DNA of 64,000 nt. Source: Zygnema circumcarinatum SAG 698-1b (Eukaryota > Plantae > Zygnematophyceae). The notes below the pieces were generated by a model. That model did no database searches and was not told the origin of the DNA. It was given only the letters and a program-made list of their open reading frames with translations. Below are positions 12,357 to 22,809 of the stretch, piece by piece. The stretch is from contig CM074808.1 of NCBI GenBank assembly GCA_037447605.1, positions 2,046,001-2,110,000 on the forward strand. Reading direction: 5' to 3'. The translations under genes and the position numbers were made by a program. Numbering within the stretch: the stretch's first letter is position 1; each line of letters starts with the position of its first letter.

Positions 12357-14144
12357 ATGGGGGGGGTGACGTCCCGGGACGAGCGCTCTGAAGCGGCGTG
12401 CCGAGAGGAGGGGGAGGAGGAGGAGGGCCCCAGCGCGGTCCCGGCGAAGGCTTCGTGGCGGGGGGAAGAGGGAAGAAGAGGTCACCGGCGGGTCCGCAGC
12501 TGCGACGATAGGGTGGAGGCGGCGGGCGATGCGCGCGGGGGCCCTCTGCAGGAGCTCTCTCGCTCACGCGCTTCGGGGAAGGAGGTGAGCGGGCGCAGGC
12601 TGTACCGGGGCAGGAACGAGCAATCTGCATGAAAGCTGCCTTCAGTTGAATTTTCATGTGGCTTCTATTCCTCTGCGCCTCCTCTTTCTCTCTCCTGCAC
12701 CCCGTGCTACAATTTCCTTCTCTCCTTATAAATCTCTCAATATCACAGTCTACCTTGCAGTTTCCCTTCTCTCGATTTCTTCCCTCCAAGCTTTGACTTT
12801 TTCCCCTTCAACTTCCTCCGCCCTCCATTCTCGCTCCTTTCTTATCCCATTGTCCGTAAATTTCCTTTTTCTACCTCAAGCAGCATTCCCTCTCGCCACC
12901 TCTCTCTTCCTCTCTCTCTCACCTCTTTTCTCTCTACCTCTCTCTAAAAACCCCTCAGCTTACTCGTCCGTTTGCAACCCTTTTCTTGCTCACGCTTTAC
13001 CTCCTCAGCCGTAGCTCTATGCCTCTAGTGCCCTGATCTTCCCTCAACCCTGCGCGCTCATAATCCTTCTTTTCTCTCGTCTCCTTCCCTTGATCCTGCA
13101 CCCTCGTTGGCTCTCGTTCCCTAATCTCATCAACATTCTTCTCCCTCGCCGACCCTGTCTTCCCATCCCACTCTCGTCCTCCTCCCCTCACGTCTTTTGT
13201 CCGGCTCTCTCCTATTCCCTCTCCCCCATGTCCCCCTCCACTTTCTTCGACCCCTTCCTTTTTTCTCCCTTCCTCCTTCAACCCCGTCACTCCATCTCCC
13301 TCTCTCTTCATCTCCCAGCCCCCTTCCCCCTCTCCTCCTTTCCTATGCGTGCATGCGGCCATTTCCCCAACCGTCCTTCCTCGTCCTTGCTGCGCCGCAG
13401 ACAACCAGCCGCAGCCGGAAGGGCCCCTCCCTGCAGAGCGCCTCGAGCCTCCCGAAGGACTTCAAGACCCCCTCCTCGTGGCTCTGCGTAGCACCGAGCA
13501 CCCTCTCCCCCCTTAGCTCCCCTCGGCCCCACGCTTTGGCCCTCTCTCAGGAGCTCCAATCCCCCCCTGGTCCTCAACACACCTCCTCCCACTCGCCCTC
13601 CTCCCCAACCCCTCAGAACGACGACTCCTCTTCGCATTCCCATTCTACTTCGTTTTCCTCCTCTGGCAGCTCCTCCTCCTCCTCCTCCTCGAGTCCACCA
13701 TCTGTCTGCACATCACCCTCCCACTTGCTAGGAGGTTCAGGAAGCCTTCCTCAAGCTGACGCCTTCGTCCTTGCACCCCTTTACTTTATTGATGGCAGCA
13801 GCGTTTCTTCTTGCCTCATTTCTGTCGAAGAGCACAATACATCCTCAGCTGAATGCTCGACTTCCGTTTGCCGCCCAAACGAGGAGGCGGAGTCTGAGGG
13901 AGGCGCTGCCGCGGAGTGGGAGGCGGAGGACATGGCCTTCTACCACCGGCAGCTGCAGCTCTACCGCGTCCGCTTCCCCGTGGGCCTCGACCGGTCCGCG
14001 AGCTGCAGGTGGCGGCCGCGCCTCGCGAGCATTCTGGAGTTTGACGTCGGCGCGGAGGGCCGCGCGAAGGAGCTTGTACGGAGGCGCAGCCTGGGGAGCA
14101 CGGAGCTCGGGGAGATGCTGCTCGCCATGGGGGAGGGGGGGTGA
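12357..14144 (+). CDS. Predicted two-exon disordered protein (~273 aa) with N-terminal myristoylation consensus and WRPRLASILE motif
   Basis: GCCATGG start at 12357 (MGGVTS). Exon 1 12357-12584 is 76 codons with donor GAG|GTGAGC. A CT-rich intron ends CTCTCTCAG at 13550. Exon 2 13551-14144 is in frame with track ORF 13197..14144 and ends in GC-rich, codon-like sequence (MAFYHRQLQLYRVRFPVGLDRSASCRWRPRLASILEFD). Confidence 0.55.
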
Positions 14145-15469
14145 TGCCCTCCCTGCCTTCTGGCGGAGGGGTCTTCTATTAAGAAGTTGAGACATGGTGC
14201 AGGGATCAGGGAGGAGGACCGTTGTTATTGCCCCCCTGGTCAGGGTGCCATTCATAGTTAGTGTTGAGTTCTGATGCTTTCCTGTGGAAGTATTTCACGA
14301 GAGTGTACATTTGTTCAGATATTGTAGTAAGATTGCAAGCATGGCAATCATGCACGTTATCGTCTGCGGTTTAAAAGGTGGCTATTTAGTCGCAAGCAGC
14401 ACTCATCATCTTAAGTACTGCCAAGTTTACAGAGTCACTGGACCTCACTACGAAATATAACATTCGTAACCGGGTGTAGTAACTCAGAAGCTCCTAGCTA
14501 GGGGGGGGTTATTAACTAATCAAAAGGACACTGAGGGGAGTTACTACGGAACGATTCAACAAAAATCACAACGAATCAAAAAAGTTCCCCGTCAGAGGTA
14601 ACTCTAACGAGAGCTATTTAGAGTATGGCTGCATGCAGATGAACGTGAGTAAACTGTGTCTCACAGGAGGGCAGTGGCGCCATGGACGCGACCTCTCCTT
14701 CCCTCAAAAATCGCCCGGCCATTCATTCATGTCAGTGTTCACGGCGGTCGAGTCGCGGGCCACAACTTCCCCGTCAGGAATATTCATGAACGGCGCGGCT
14801 AGACCCTGCTCGCTCGATGAATAGTAATACCAATGCGCGGAGGGAGGGCCGCGGCTCCGGCCAGGGCGCGTTTTGCCGACGTGGTGCCAACGTGGCTGCC
14901 ATGGTGGCGTTTTGTTGAGCTCCCGCGGCGCCACGTGGCTGGCGGGGATTCGTCGCGATGGCGCGCGGGGTGTTGCACTGTGCCACGCTGGCCGGCGACG
15001 CGCGGTGACCGCCGGTCGGTCGAGGTCGCGGCTCGGACATGGATGGACCACCTGCCTGCCTAGGCCCTAGGGGCCTAGGGCCTAGGGCCTACCGTACTTA
15101 GTGCCCTCTCTATTTAGGGATGACCGGATGTACGGAAAAACAAATGTTTCTCTGGCAATGATTAGCCATCGTTTTTGTCCGTACGACAGAATTCGATAAG
15201 GGTGTTTGCGGGACCGAACGTAGAAAATCGGGTATTGTGCCGTCGCCAGTCAGTCGTGGCCACGTGGTGCATTTATATTCGTTCGTGTTGGTTGCACCGA
15301 ATGTACGAAAAATGGGGTACTGTAACGGTATGTGGCGTAAGCAATGAGTGATTGCCACGTGGCCACATCTTTCGGTACGAGTCGATGGCACGAGAGGGAC
15401 GAGACGAGGGTGGTTGCGACACTTACCCATTATCGTATCCTAGTCTATCGGCAAAAAGAGGGAGAGCAA

Positions 15470-15624
15470 ACTTTCATTGAACTCGCGATGGCGAGGCCAT
15501 CAAATGTACATGGATAAAGGCAAAATGTGGAACCACGAAGGACTGGTCACAAAGGACCGAAACACAATAAAACAAAGCTAGGAGCGGAAAACTACGCCTA
15601 GGCACAACAACGCAGCCCTAGAAG
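15470..15624 (-). mobile_element. 3' end of RLE/CRE-like non-LTR retrotransposon, copy A (interrupted by the N gap at 15625-15634)
   Basis: Clearly homologous by eye to 15888-16145, 22096-22360 and 50628-50800. It carries the GATGGC-nnn-GCCATC stem at 15487-15501. Confidence 0.75.
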
Positions 15625-15863
15625 NNNNNNNNNNACAGCAGCAAAACAACCAAAAACAAAAAACAAAAAACGAAAAGAAGCACAAACAACAAAAACAGAG
15701 CAATGCAGCAAGACACGCGACAGGAAAACGCAAAGACAACGACAAGATGCTGCCACGTGGCCGCGGCAGAGGCGGCGGCAACAGGCGCAACGGTCGGAAG
15801 GTCGGTAAAAAGGCAACGCACGCAGATCTTGATCCGCCTATTAATTACTATAGGAATAATTTT

Positions 15864-16145
15864 GAAAGGAAGGGAAAGGAAGGGAAAATTTCATTGAACA
15901 CGATGGCGAGGCCATCAAACGTACATGGTCAAAAGCATGATGTGGAACCACGGGGGACTAGTCGCAAAGGACTTAAGCACAATAGAAAGTAGCTAAGAGC
16001 GGAAAACAACGCCTAGGCGCACAACGCAGCCCTAGAAGCAGCCGCAAAGGTCACCGATGTGAGGCACATCACGAGGAGGGCGTGACGGAAAGTCCACTGA
16101 CACGATCACCAACAACCGCAGCACACCGAAGAAGCGTAGAAGAAA
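15864..16145 (-). mobile_element. 5'-truncated RLE/CRE-like LINE, copy B, with pyrimidine-repeat tail
   Basis: Aligns over ~250 bp with copy C (22100-22352) and with the ORF end and 3' UTR of copy D. Stem at 15902-15916; on the element strand the tail reads TTTTCCCTTCCTTTCCCTTCCTTTC. Confidence 0.8.
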
Positions 16146-16192
16146 CCGATTCCGATATTGAAATCGGAATTTTATAACGTAGAATAGAAAAG

Positions 16193-16610
16193 GGAAATGT
16201 TATTTACACACCTTTTTTGCCGGTCAGATTTTATTCAGAATAAATGTTAAGAGTATGTCTTTTTATCAGCTCAATTACTTCTGCGTGCAGGTCCTTGAGT
16301 TGTGCCGTGATTGACCGCAGACCCCACACTGGGTTTCCATCTAACAGCCATTGCTCATGAATGTCCTGCAAACAGTTGGGAGTCAAACAAAGGTTTTCAG
16401 ACAGTCCCGAATGTAGTGGGACAGGGTCACAGGGCAGACCCCATGATGGCATGAATTGCGCACATGAATTGCGCATTGCAATGCATGGTTGCTACTCATG
16501 GCCCCCCTTGTCAGCGAGCTTTAGTTGTCCCTACAGCTTGTCCATAGCGAAATTGGAGAACCTTGTAGGTCAGATTCTTGAAGCGATGCGCCAGATGCTC
16601 CCTTAGTCCC
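16193..16610 (-). pseudogene. Degraded MULE (Mutator-like) transposase C-terminal fragment abutting a MULE TIR start at 16193
   Basis: Minus-strand translation with one frameshift and two stops: RFKNLTYKV-SNFAMDKL*GQL...QPC...QFMPSWGLPC...LQDIHEQWLL. This matches the MULE C-terminal pattern FxxLxxKVSxxA...C...FxxSxGLPCxH...LxxIHxxW. A TIR-like GGAAATGTTATTTACAC begins at 16193. Confidence 0.7.
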
Positions 16611-17680
16611 TCCCAGTCCCTAACTCCGTCGAGGCGCGGCGCGGCCGACTGATGATTTAGAGATCCGAGCCGTCCGCCGTGGCGGCCGACGGATTGCTTG
16701 GCTGCTTGCGTTGCGGCAGTGGTCCACCGACCGACCGACCGAGCAGGTATTCCGATTGCCGCCCACCCGTCCGCCCGCCCGCCCGCCCGCCGGCTGACGC
16801 AGGCAGCCGCCCGGCGCCGCGTGGCGCGCGTGGACCGAGCGGGCGCATCCCCCAGATCTTGACGCGATCCGTGAGGATCTCCACGGATATTCTCGCCCGC
16901 TCCCATTCATTCTCGCGGATCGCCCGCCCGCCCGCGCGCACGGCACATCTTGGGCGGTACGGACCGTACAGGGCTGGCCCTGACCCCACGCATTAGTCAA
17001 GCACTGACGTCATCCGCCGGACGGCGGTCGAGCCCGCGCATGTCAGAGCGGCTGCAGTCGCCGCCAGTTCCAATCACAGTTCAAACTCTACTTAATTTCC
17101 ACGTGGCACCTGCGAGCTGGTCCACCACTACACCGCTCGCGCCGCGGCGCACGGCGACTGGCTGCGTGCGAGGCAGCGCAGTCGGTACTGCCGCCTCCCA
17201 AGTCGCCTCGCGCCGCGCGCCGTGGAGGCTGCAGGACCGCTTTGGGGCGAAGGAGACTGGAGCGGACCGCGCGCGGCGGTCCTCGGGCGGGCGGGCGAGC
17301 GGGCGGCCGGGCCGCTAGGGCGCTAACAACAGCCCGCCTCGCCCTGGCGTGCCGCCACGGCGCCAGGCTGCCCCGCCCCGCCCCGCCCCGCCCCGCCCCG
17401 CCCTCGCCTGCCCTGCGCGGTCTGATTTTGCCTCTGCTGCGCATGGCACGGTACGGCATACGGCCCCTCGTCACGTCACGTCACGTCACGGCACGCTGGG
17501 GAGAATACGCCCGTGCGAAGGACGAGAGCGGTTTGACGGTTTTCCGGCTGCGGCGGGCTGAAGGCCTCCCTGGACCCTCTCGGCGCGCCGCTCTGACAGA
17601 CGGACGGACCGAGAGCTGGCAGCGCCGCGCGTGGTCCTGCCGCCCGCCGCCCGCCGCACGCCTCCCGCCGGCCCGCCCGC

Positions 17681-17736
17681 CCGTCCGTCCGTCCGTCCGT
17701 CCGTCCGTCCGTCCGTCCGTCCGTCCGTCCGTCCGT
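17681..17736. repeat. (CCGT)14 microsatellite within a ~1.1 kb GC-rich low-complexity block (16620-17755, CGCC/CGCCC/CGTCA repeats)
   Basis: Fourteen perfect CCGT units. Nearby are (CGCCC)n at ~17370-17402 and (CGTCA)n at ~17470-17490. Confidence 0.9.
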
Positions 17737-17757
17737 CCGGCCTTCCGGCAGCCATTA

Positions 17758-18353
17758 CAGTAGGACCCCGTCATATTTTCCACCTACATTTGGCAGAAAT
17801 CGGGCGAAAATATTGTATTTGGCAAATATAAGGTCCGTGTTACCAATAGGCGAGCGGAATTATGTTAGAGTTCATGTATGTCCGTACGTATCGTATAGTA
17901 TCGTATCGTTCGATGTAATATCGTACCGTATCGTACCGTATCGTATCGTGTCGAACCGCATACAGTACATGAAGCACGCCTTAGCGTTTACTGAGGCAGC
18001 AAACCAAAAAGCTTCGAGCCCGTAACGGCTACTACAGCTCGTACGGCTAGTACGGATAGTACCGTATCGAGAAGTATCGTATCGTATCGTATCGAATCCA
18101 AGAAGAAGTGGAGAAGAGCGAGCGCCTCTTACGGCGGCACGAGCGGGGAGAATAGGTGAGTTTTGTGTAAGCCCGTGACGGCTAGTACAGCTAGTACGAG
18201 AAGTACGGTTAGTACGGTTAGTACGAATAGTACGGTTAGTACAAATAGTACGGCTGACACAAGTTACCGTACAAAAAGGTGGTTTCGGCAAAATCGGGGC
18301 GAATTTCTTGGGGACGCACTTTTGATGGTGGAAAATATGACGGGGTCCTACTG
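17758..18353. mobile_element. Tc1/pogo-type MITE, 596 bp, 27-bp perfect TIRs, TA target-site duplication
   Basis: CAGTAGGACCCCGTCATATTTTCCACC at 17758-17784 and its exact reverse complement at 18327-18353. TA flanks both sides (17756-57, 18354-55). The interior is non-coding, with (TCGTA)n and 9-bp TAGTACGGT-type repeats. Confidence 0.88.
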
Positions 18354-19326
18354 TAGGCAGGACGACAAGCAGGCGGGTGCCGTACGGTATCCGGCAGCCG
18401 CAGCGCCGCCGGCACCGTACGGTGAGAGCGCACGCGGCGCGGCGTGACTGCTGGTTTGCGCGGCTACGGCACACATCAACTGTTTGACAAACCTCACTGA
18501 TCAAGGAGAACTCCATGCAAGCATTGGCAAGGCCGAACACGCAGAATACTTGCTCAAAAGTCGTGAAGGGGGCCACAAGCACACATCTCATACCCATCAC
18601 ACAGCCAACGAAAGGAGCCTGACATCCCATACTGGATAGCCAAGACAAGCGGCACCCAATCTCGCTACCACTCAGCCACTGTCAGCCAATGAATCCACTC
18701 ACAGAGAAGTGCATTTCAAACGATAAAATCGAGCGCTGAAGGAATTCTTTCTCAAGGCAAGGCCATAAGTATTACAGCCTGTTTCTACCTCCTCTGGTAC
18801 AGCCATAATCACAGAACCTGACTACAGCTGCACTGCATGGAGTAGTGAACACAGGAATTCAACGGGCTCAGGGATGCGGGCACGCAGCTGCATCCTCCAC
18901 TGTTGACAAACCTCAGTCAACCTGAAGCAGTGCTACGGACACCACCACAAGTGGACAAGCTCACAGGTCCGCCGCTACGAGCACATTCCTCCGCGTGAAA
19001 AATATGCTCACCTTTCTTGTCTTTGGTGATCCGAAAGCTCAGTTTCCATCACCACATCGTGGGGTACGGTTACATGATGAGTGGGAGCGCCTGGCAGCAT
19101 GCTGCATAGCATCCGAAGGCGAAAATCGGACGGGAATCTGAATGGTCGTTTCATAACATTCGCTATGTTCTGATATGTCAAGTACAACATCAAGACCTAT
19201 ACTGTCAGTGCCGCCCACAGGCAGACGTTGACCTAATCCCAAGGTTCAAAGGGATACCTTATCTCTTAAGAGGCAAAGCCAGGTTAGCATACTAAATGCC
19301 TTTCAGTGTACAAAGATACAAGCCCC

Positions 19327-20627
19327 TCAGTCTTTAGGAGGGTCCTCTTCAAGGTTCCTTGCTTCTGGATGATAGTAAAGCATTTCACACCACACTTTAT
19401 CCCGTAGCGCACTCTCCTTCAAATCTTCTTCCTCAAAGTCGAAGTCGAAGGGTGAGGGAGCAGACGGCTCCACTGATGCATCGTGAAGCATCGAAAGGTA
19501 AGGGTGCTCGAGAGCCTCCTGAACTGTAATCCTCTTGCGGGGATCAAAAACCAGCATCCGGTCAATGAGGTTTATGGCAAGAGGATTGGCACGAGGATAC
19601 AGACGAGCAAGAGAAACCCTAGGAGTGTACGGGAGGGATCGGATGTAACTGCGTGCTTTCTGGCTCTGAATGAAATGTAAGTCGTCCTCGTCTGGTGAGC
19701 CAATCATGTTGATGATCAACTTCAGCTGGTGAATGTAATCCTTCCCCGGAAACAGAGGCTTTCGCCCGAGCAGCTCCGCGAATATGCACCCCACTGACCA
19801 CACATCGATGGCACTTGTGTACTCTTCACACGACAGTAGTAGTTCAGGTGCTCGATACCAGCGCGTGACCACATATTCTGTCATAAATCCCTTCTCAGTG
19901 CCTGTACGGGCGAGGCCAAAATCACAAATTTTCAAATCACAGCTGGCGTTCAAAAGCAGATTGCTTGGCTTCAAGTCACGGTGCAGCACATTTGCCGAAT
20001 GCACATACTTGAGGCCACGCAGCAGCTGCAAGCCAACAAAGTAACCCACCAGTTAGTCTGTATAAGCATTTCAACTACACATGCTTATTGAAGGCCATCA
20101 ACGTCAGGGCTCAGCACATCAATCCTTATTTGAACACATTGAAAAGAAAAACTTCAATAGGCAAAGTCCCTGCTTTGTGAAGTACTGCAGTAAAGCAGAC
20201 CTACCTGGTAGATGAAATATTGGCAGTGGTCATCTGTAAGAGGTTGCGAAGATCTGATAATTTGATGCAAGTCTGTGTCCATCAGCTCGTATACAAGATA
20301 GACATCGTTAAAGGTATATCGTCCAATGGGCTTCATAATGTCCTTCACAGCAATGATGTTCTCGTGGTACAAGTGACGTAAGAGGCGGATTTCCCTTAAC
20401 GTCCGCCTGGCATCTGTGGCATTCTCAAACGCATTGCTAATCTTCTTTATGGCAATCTTCTCGCCTGTCTCTGTATTCCTGGCGGAGCAGACCACGCCGT
20501 ACGCCCCTTTCCCTATAGGCTTGATGGGCGTATACTTGGTGTCAATTTCAAAAAGAGTCCGCCAAAGCATAAACTGGTGCTTGCCTGGAGGACAGGTACC
20601 CTCTGGAGGGTCCACCTTTGTTGCCAT
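19327..20627 (-). CDS. Mitogen-activated protein kinase, plant group C (MPK1/2/7/14-like, TEY)
   Basis: Two coding exons, 20205-20627 and 19327-20025 (373 aa), GT-AG intron in phase 0. Contains [45 protein letters not shown] and [15 protein letters not shown]. The short N-terminus and single coding intron are typical of group C. Confidence 0.96.
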
Positions 20628-21096
20628 CTCAACCTCTTCCCCACCAAATTGAACTAGAAACAGATTTTACCCCCTGCCTGAAAACAGACAAGATAGCTTG
20701 CGACTCTCCTAACACCGCTCCGCCTAAAACGAAACCCTTTTACCAACTTCTTCTGAGTGTTTTGCAAGCCAAGCGTCCAGTGCAGAGTGCAGGCGCTTAG
20801 CCTGCGGAGCGCAGAGGCGGGGGGCAGCAGGGACTACGGAGACGCGCTAGGCCCGGGCGGCGGGTCAAGTAGTAGCCATGGGTTGGCGCGCGCACGGGTC
20901 TCCCAACGAAGGGCCGCCGAGAGCGCTCGTGGCCGCCATGGCCCGTGCGCATTGATGGCCTCTGCCGCCTTTCCCTGCCCGCCCGCCCCGGCCCTCTCTG
21001 CTGACGTCAGCCCTACTTCCGCCCTCCCTGCTGGACCGGCCGTACGATGCTGCCCTCCCCGCCCCGCTCGAGGTTTGGACCCGTCCGTAGTTAGAA

Positions 21097-21354
21097 GTTC
21101 GCAGTTCGCAGTTCGCATTTCGCAGTTTGAAATTCGCAGTTCAAAGTTCGCAGTTCGCAGTTTGAAATTCGCAGTTTAAAGTTCGCAGTTTAAAAGGTTG
21201 AAATTCGCAGTTCGAAGTTCGCACTTCGTAGTTCGCATTTCGCAGTTTGAAATTCGCAGTTCGAAGTTCGCAGTTCGCAGTTTGAAATTCGCAGTTCGAA
21301 GTTCGCAGTTCGCAGTTCGCATTTCGCCGATCGATGTTCGCAGTTCGCAGTTCG
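21097..21354. repeat. GTTCGCA-based satellite with higher-order units containing TTTGAAATTCGCA / GTTCGAA
   Basis: About 260 bp of 7-mer GTTCGCA interspersed with GAAATTCGCA and GTTCGAA/GTTCAAA variants. Confidence 0.92.
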
Positions 21355-21936
21355 TGTCGTGTTGCGGGCGGGGAGGGGCAGCAGGCGCTAGACCGCTCGA
21401 CAGGCTTTTGTTGGTAGGGGAGGGATGCATGCATGGATGGCAATAACGGCAATGGCTGGTTGAGAGTTTCCATTCGGGAAACGAGGCACGGTTAGAAATA
21501 TCCCTCTACCCGTAAAACCGAACAGGTTGAGAAAAAAAAATTAAAGTTTTTGGCTTCGAAAAAAAAAAAATTTCAAAACCAGTTTCACAAAAAAAAAAAC
21601 CTATAGTTGTGAACACGATTCATTCGAGAAATGAGAAATGATTTCCTATTTTTTTTTCTCGATACAATTTTTATGGAGAACCAATTGAGCATTGAACAAT
21701 CAATTATCGTTCGTGTTCAATTTGAGTTTTCTTTGGTTCCACCGATCAACAATAATAGGGTTGAACCTTGAACGCTCGAGGTCAAAACTTTTTCGATTTA
21801 AGAAAGCAAAAATTTTTAAAAAAGAAGTTGAAAGACTCATCAATTGGTTCGGTCGCACGTGTAGTTTCCGGTTTTTGCCACGTTGGTTCCGTGCGATTCG
21901 AGGGATCCGGTTTGTAACCCGAGCCCCAGTACAGTA

Positions 21937-22088
21937 CAGTACAGTACTGTAGTTTTGCCGTACGACTCGCCCCGCCAGCCGATCAACAATTTCTGTACCA
22001 AACTCCGGATCCAGGCACTTTGCGATCCGCTAAAATCTCATTACAGTATTGAACAAGATTGAGAATTGAGAAATTAAGTACTGTACTG
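21937..22088. mobile_element. Possible 152-bp Tc1-type MITE (CAGTACAGTACT ends, TA flanks)
   Basis: CAGTACAGTACT at 21937-21948 and AGTACTGTACTG at 22077-22088, with TA on both sides. The left end lies in a (CAGTA)n run, so this could be chance. Confidence 0.35.
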
Positions 22089-22095
22089 TACACGT

Positions 22096-22360
22096 CAGCG
22101 TTGCCTCGCTTCTACGCTCCTTCGGCGTGCTGCGATTGTTGGCGATCGTGTCGGTGGAACTTCCGCCGCTCCCTCGCGATGTGCCTCACATCGGTGACCT
22201 TCGCGGCTGCTTCTAGGGGCTGCGTTTTTGTGCCTAGGCGTAGTTTTCCGCTCCTAGCTTTTATTTTTTGTGCCTAGGTCCTTGGCGGCCAGTCCCTCGT
22301 GGTTCCACATGCTGCTTTTGTTCATATAACGTTTGATGGCCTCGCCATCGTGAGTTCTAT
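22096..22360 (+). mobile_element. 5'-truncated RLE/CRE-like LINE, copy C
   Basis: Encodes QRCLASTLLRRAAIVGDRVGG-(frameshift)-LPPLPRDVPHIGDLRGCF*, collinear with the end of the ORF at 50715-51110, then the 3' UTR with the GATGGC-CTC-GCCATC stem at 22335-22349. Confidence 0.8.
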
Positions 22361-22508
22361 GCGATTCCCCACTGTCTGTTCGGTTTCACGGCACAGGCAT
22401 CATGAAGGCACTCGAAATGAGGACGAGTCACGAATTTGCGCCTCCGAGAGATGCTGGGAATCGCCATTCGTTTATTCACGAGCAATGATGACCAGCCCAT
22501 CCGTGCCC

Positions 22509-22533
22509 ATGGCATGGCATGGCATGGCATGGC
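22509..22533. repeat. (ATGGC)5 microsatellite upstream of VPS13B
   Basis: Same unit as at 318-368. Confidence 0.85.
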
Positions 22534-22809
22534 GTTGGACGCATGGGTCCTGAGTGATGATGGCGAGGCGGTCCCTCCCGCGCTCCCGCTCCTCTCCTCT
22601 CCTCCCCTGAAGGCTGCCTTCTGCCCCTAAGGTTGGCTGGCTCTACTCAACGCAGGGCGCCGTGTCCGTCGCGAACCGCGATTAGGAGGAGGAGGAGGAG
22701 GAGGTAAAGGAGGGCGAGGGCGAGGTCGCTGCGTGGACCAGTGCGCTTCGCTGTTCTCTGCACCAGCCAGGGGAAAAGAGGGGCAACAGGGACCTTGCGG
22801 CATGTTTCG

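Noticed and set aside
14476-14547. 10-bp inverted repeat GTAGTAACTC/GAGTTACTAC
   Set aside because: Too short, with no TSD and no second copy seen.
15061-15100. Helitron 3' end (TAGGCCC-TAG-GGGCCTA hairpin)
   Set aside because: No terminal CTRR at the expected distance; it looks like a short CCTAGGG tandem repeat.
16511-18648. Many Arg/Pro/Gly-rich ORFs (PSVR, RTDG, RTNRT repeats)
   Set aside because: Artefacts of (CCGT)n, (CGCC)n and MITE-internal repeats.
21097-21354. CRISPR-like array
   Set aside because: The repeats are contiguous 7-mer variants with no unique spacers, in a eukaryotic context with no cas genes.
20757-21473. ORFs with ANCELRT / SSQFAVR repeats
   Set aside because: Translations of the GTTCGCA satellite.
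15470-22360. SINE interpretation of the short repeat copies A-C
   Set aside because: No tRNA/5S/7SL-like head or A/B box is visible, and copy C still encodes the LINE ORF end, so 5'-truncated LINE copies are the simpler explanation.
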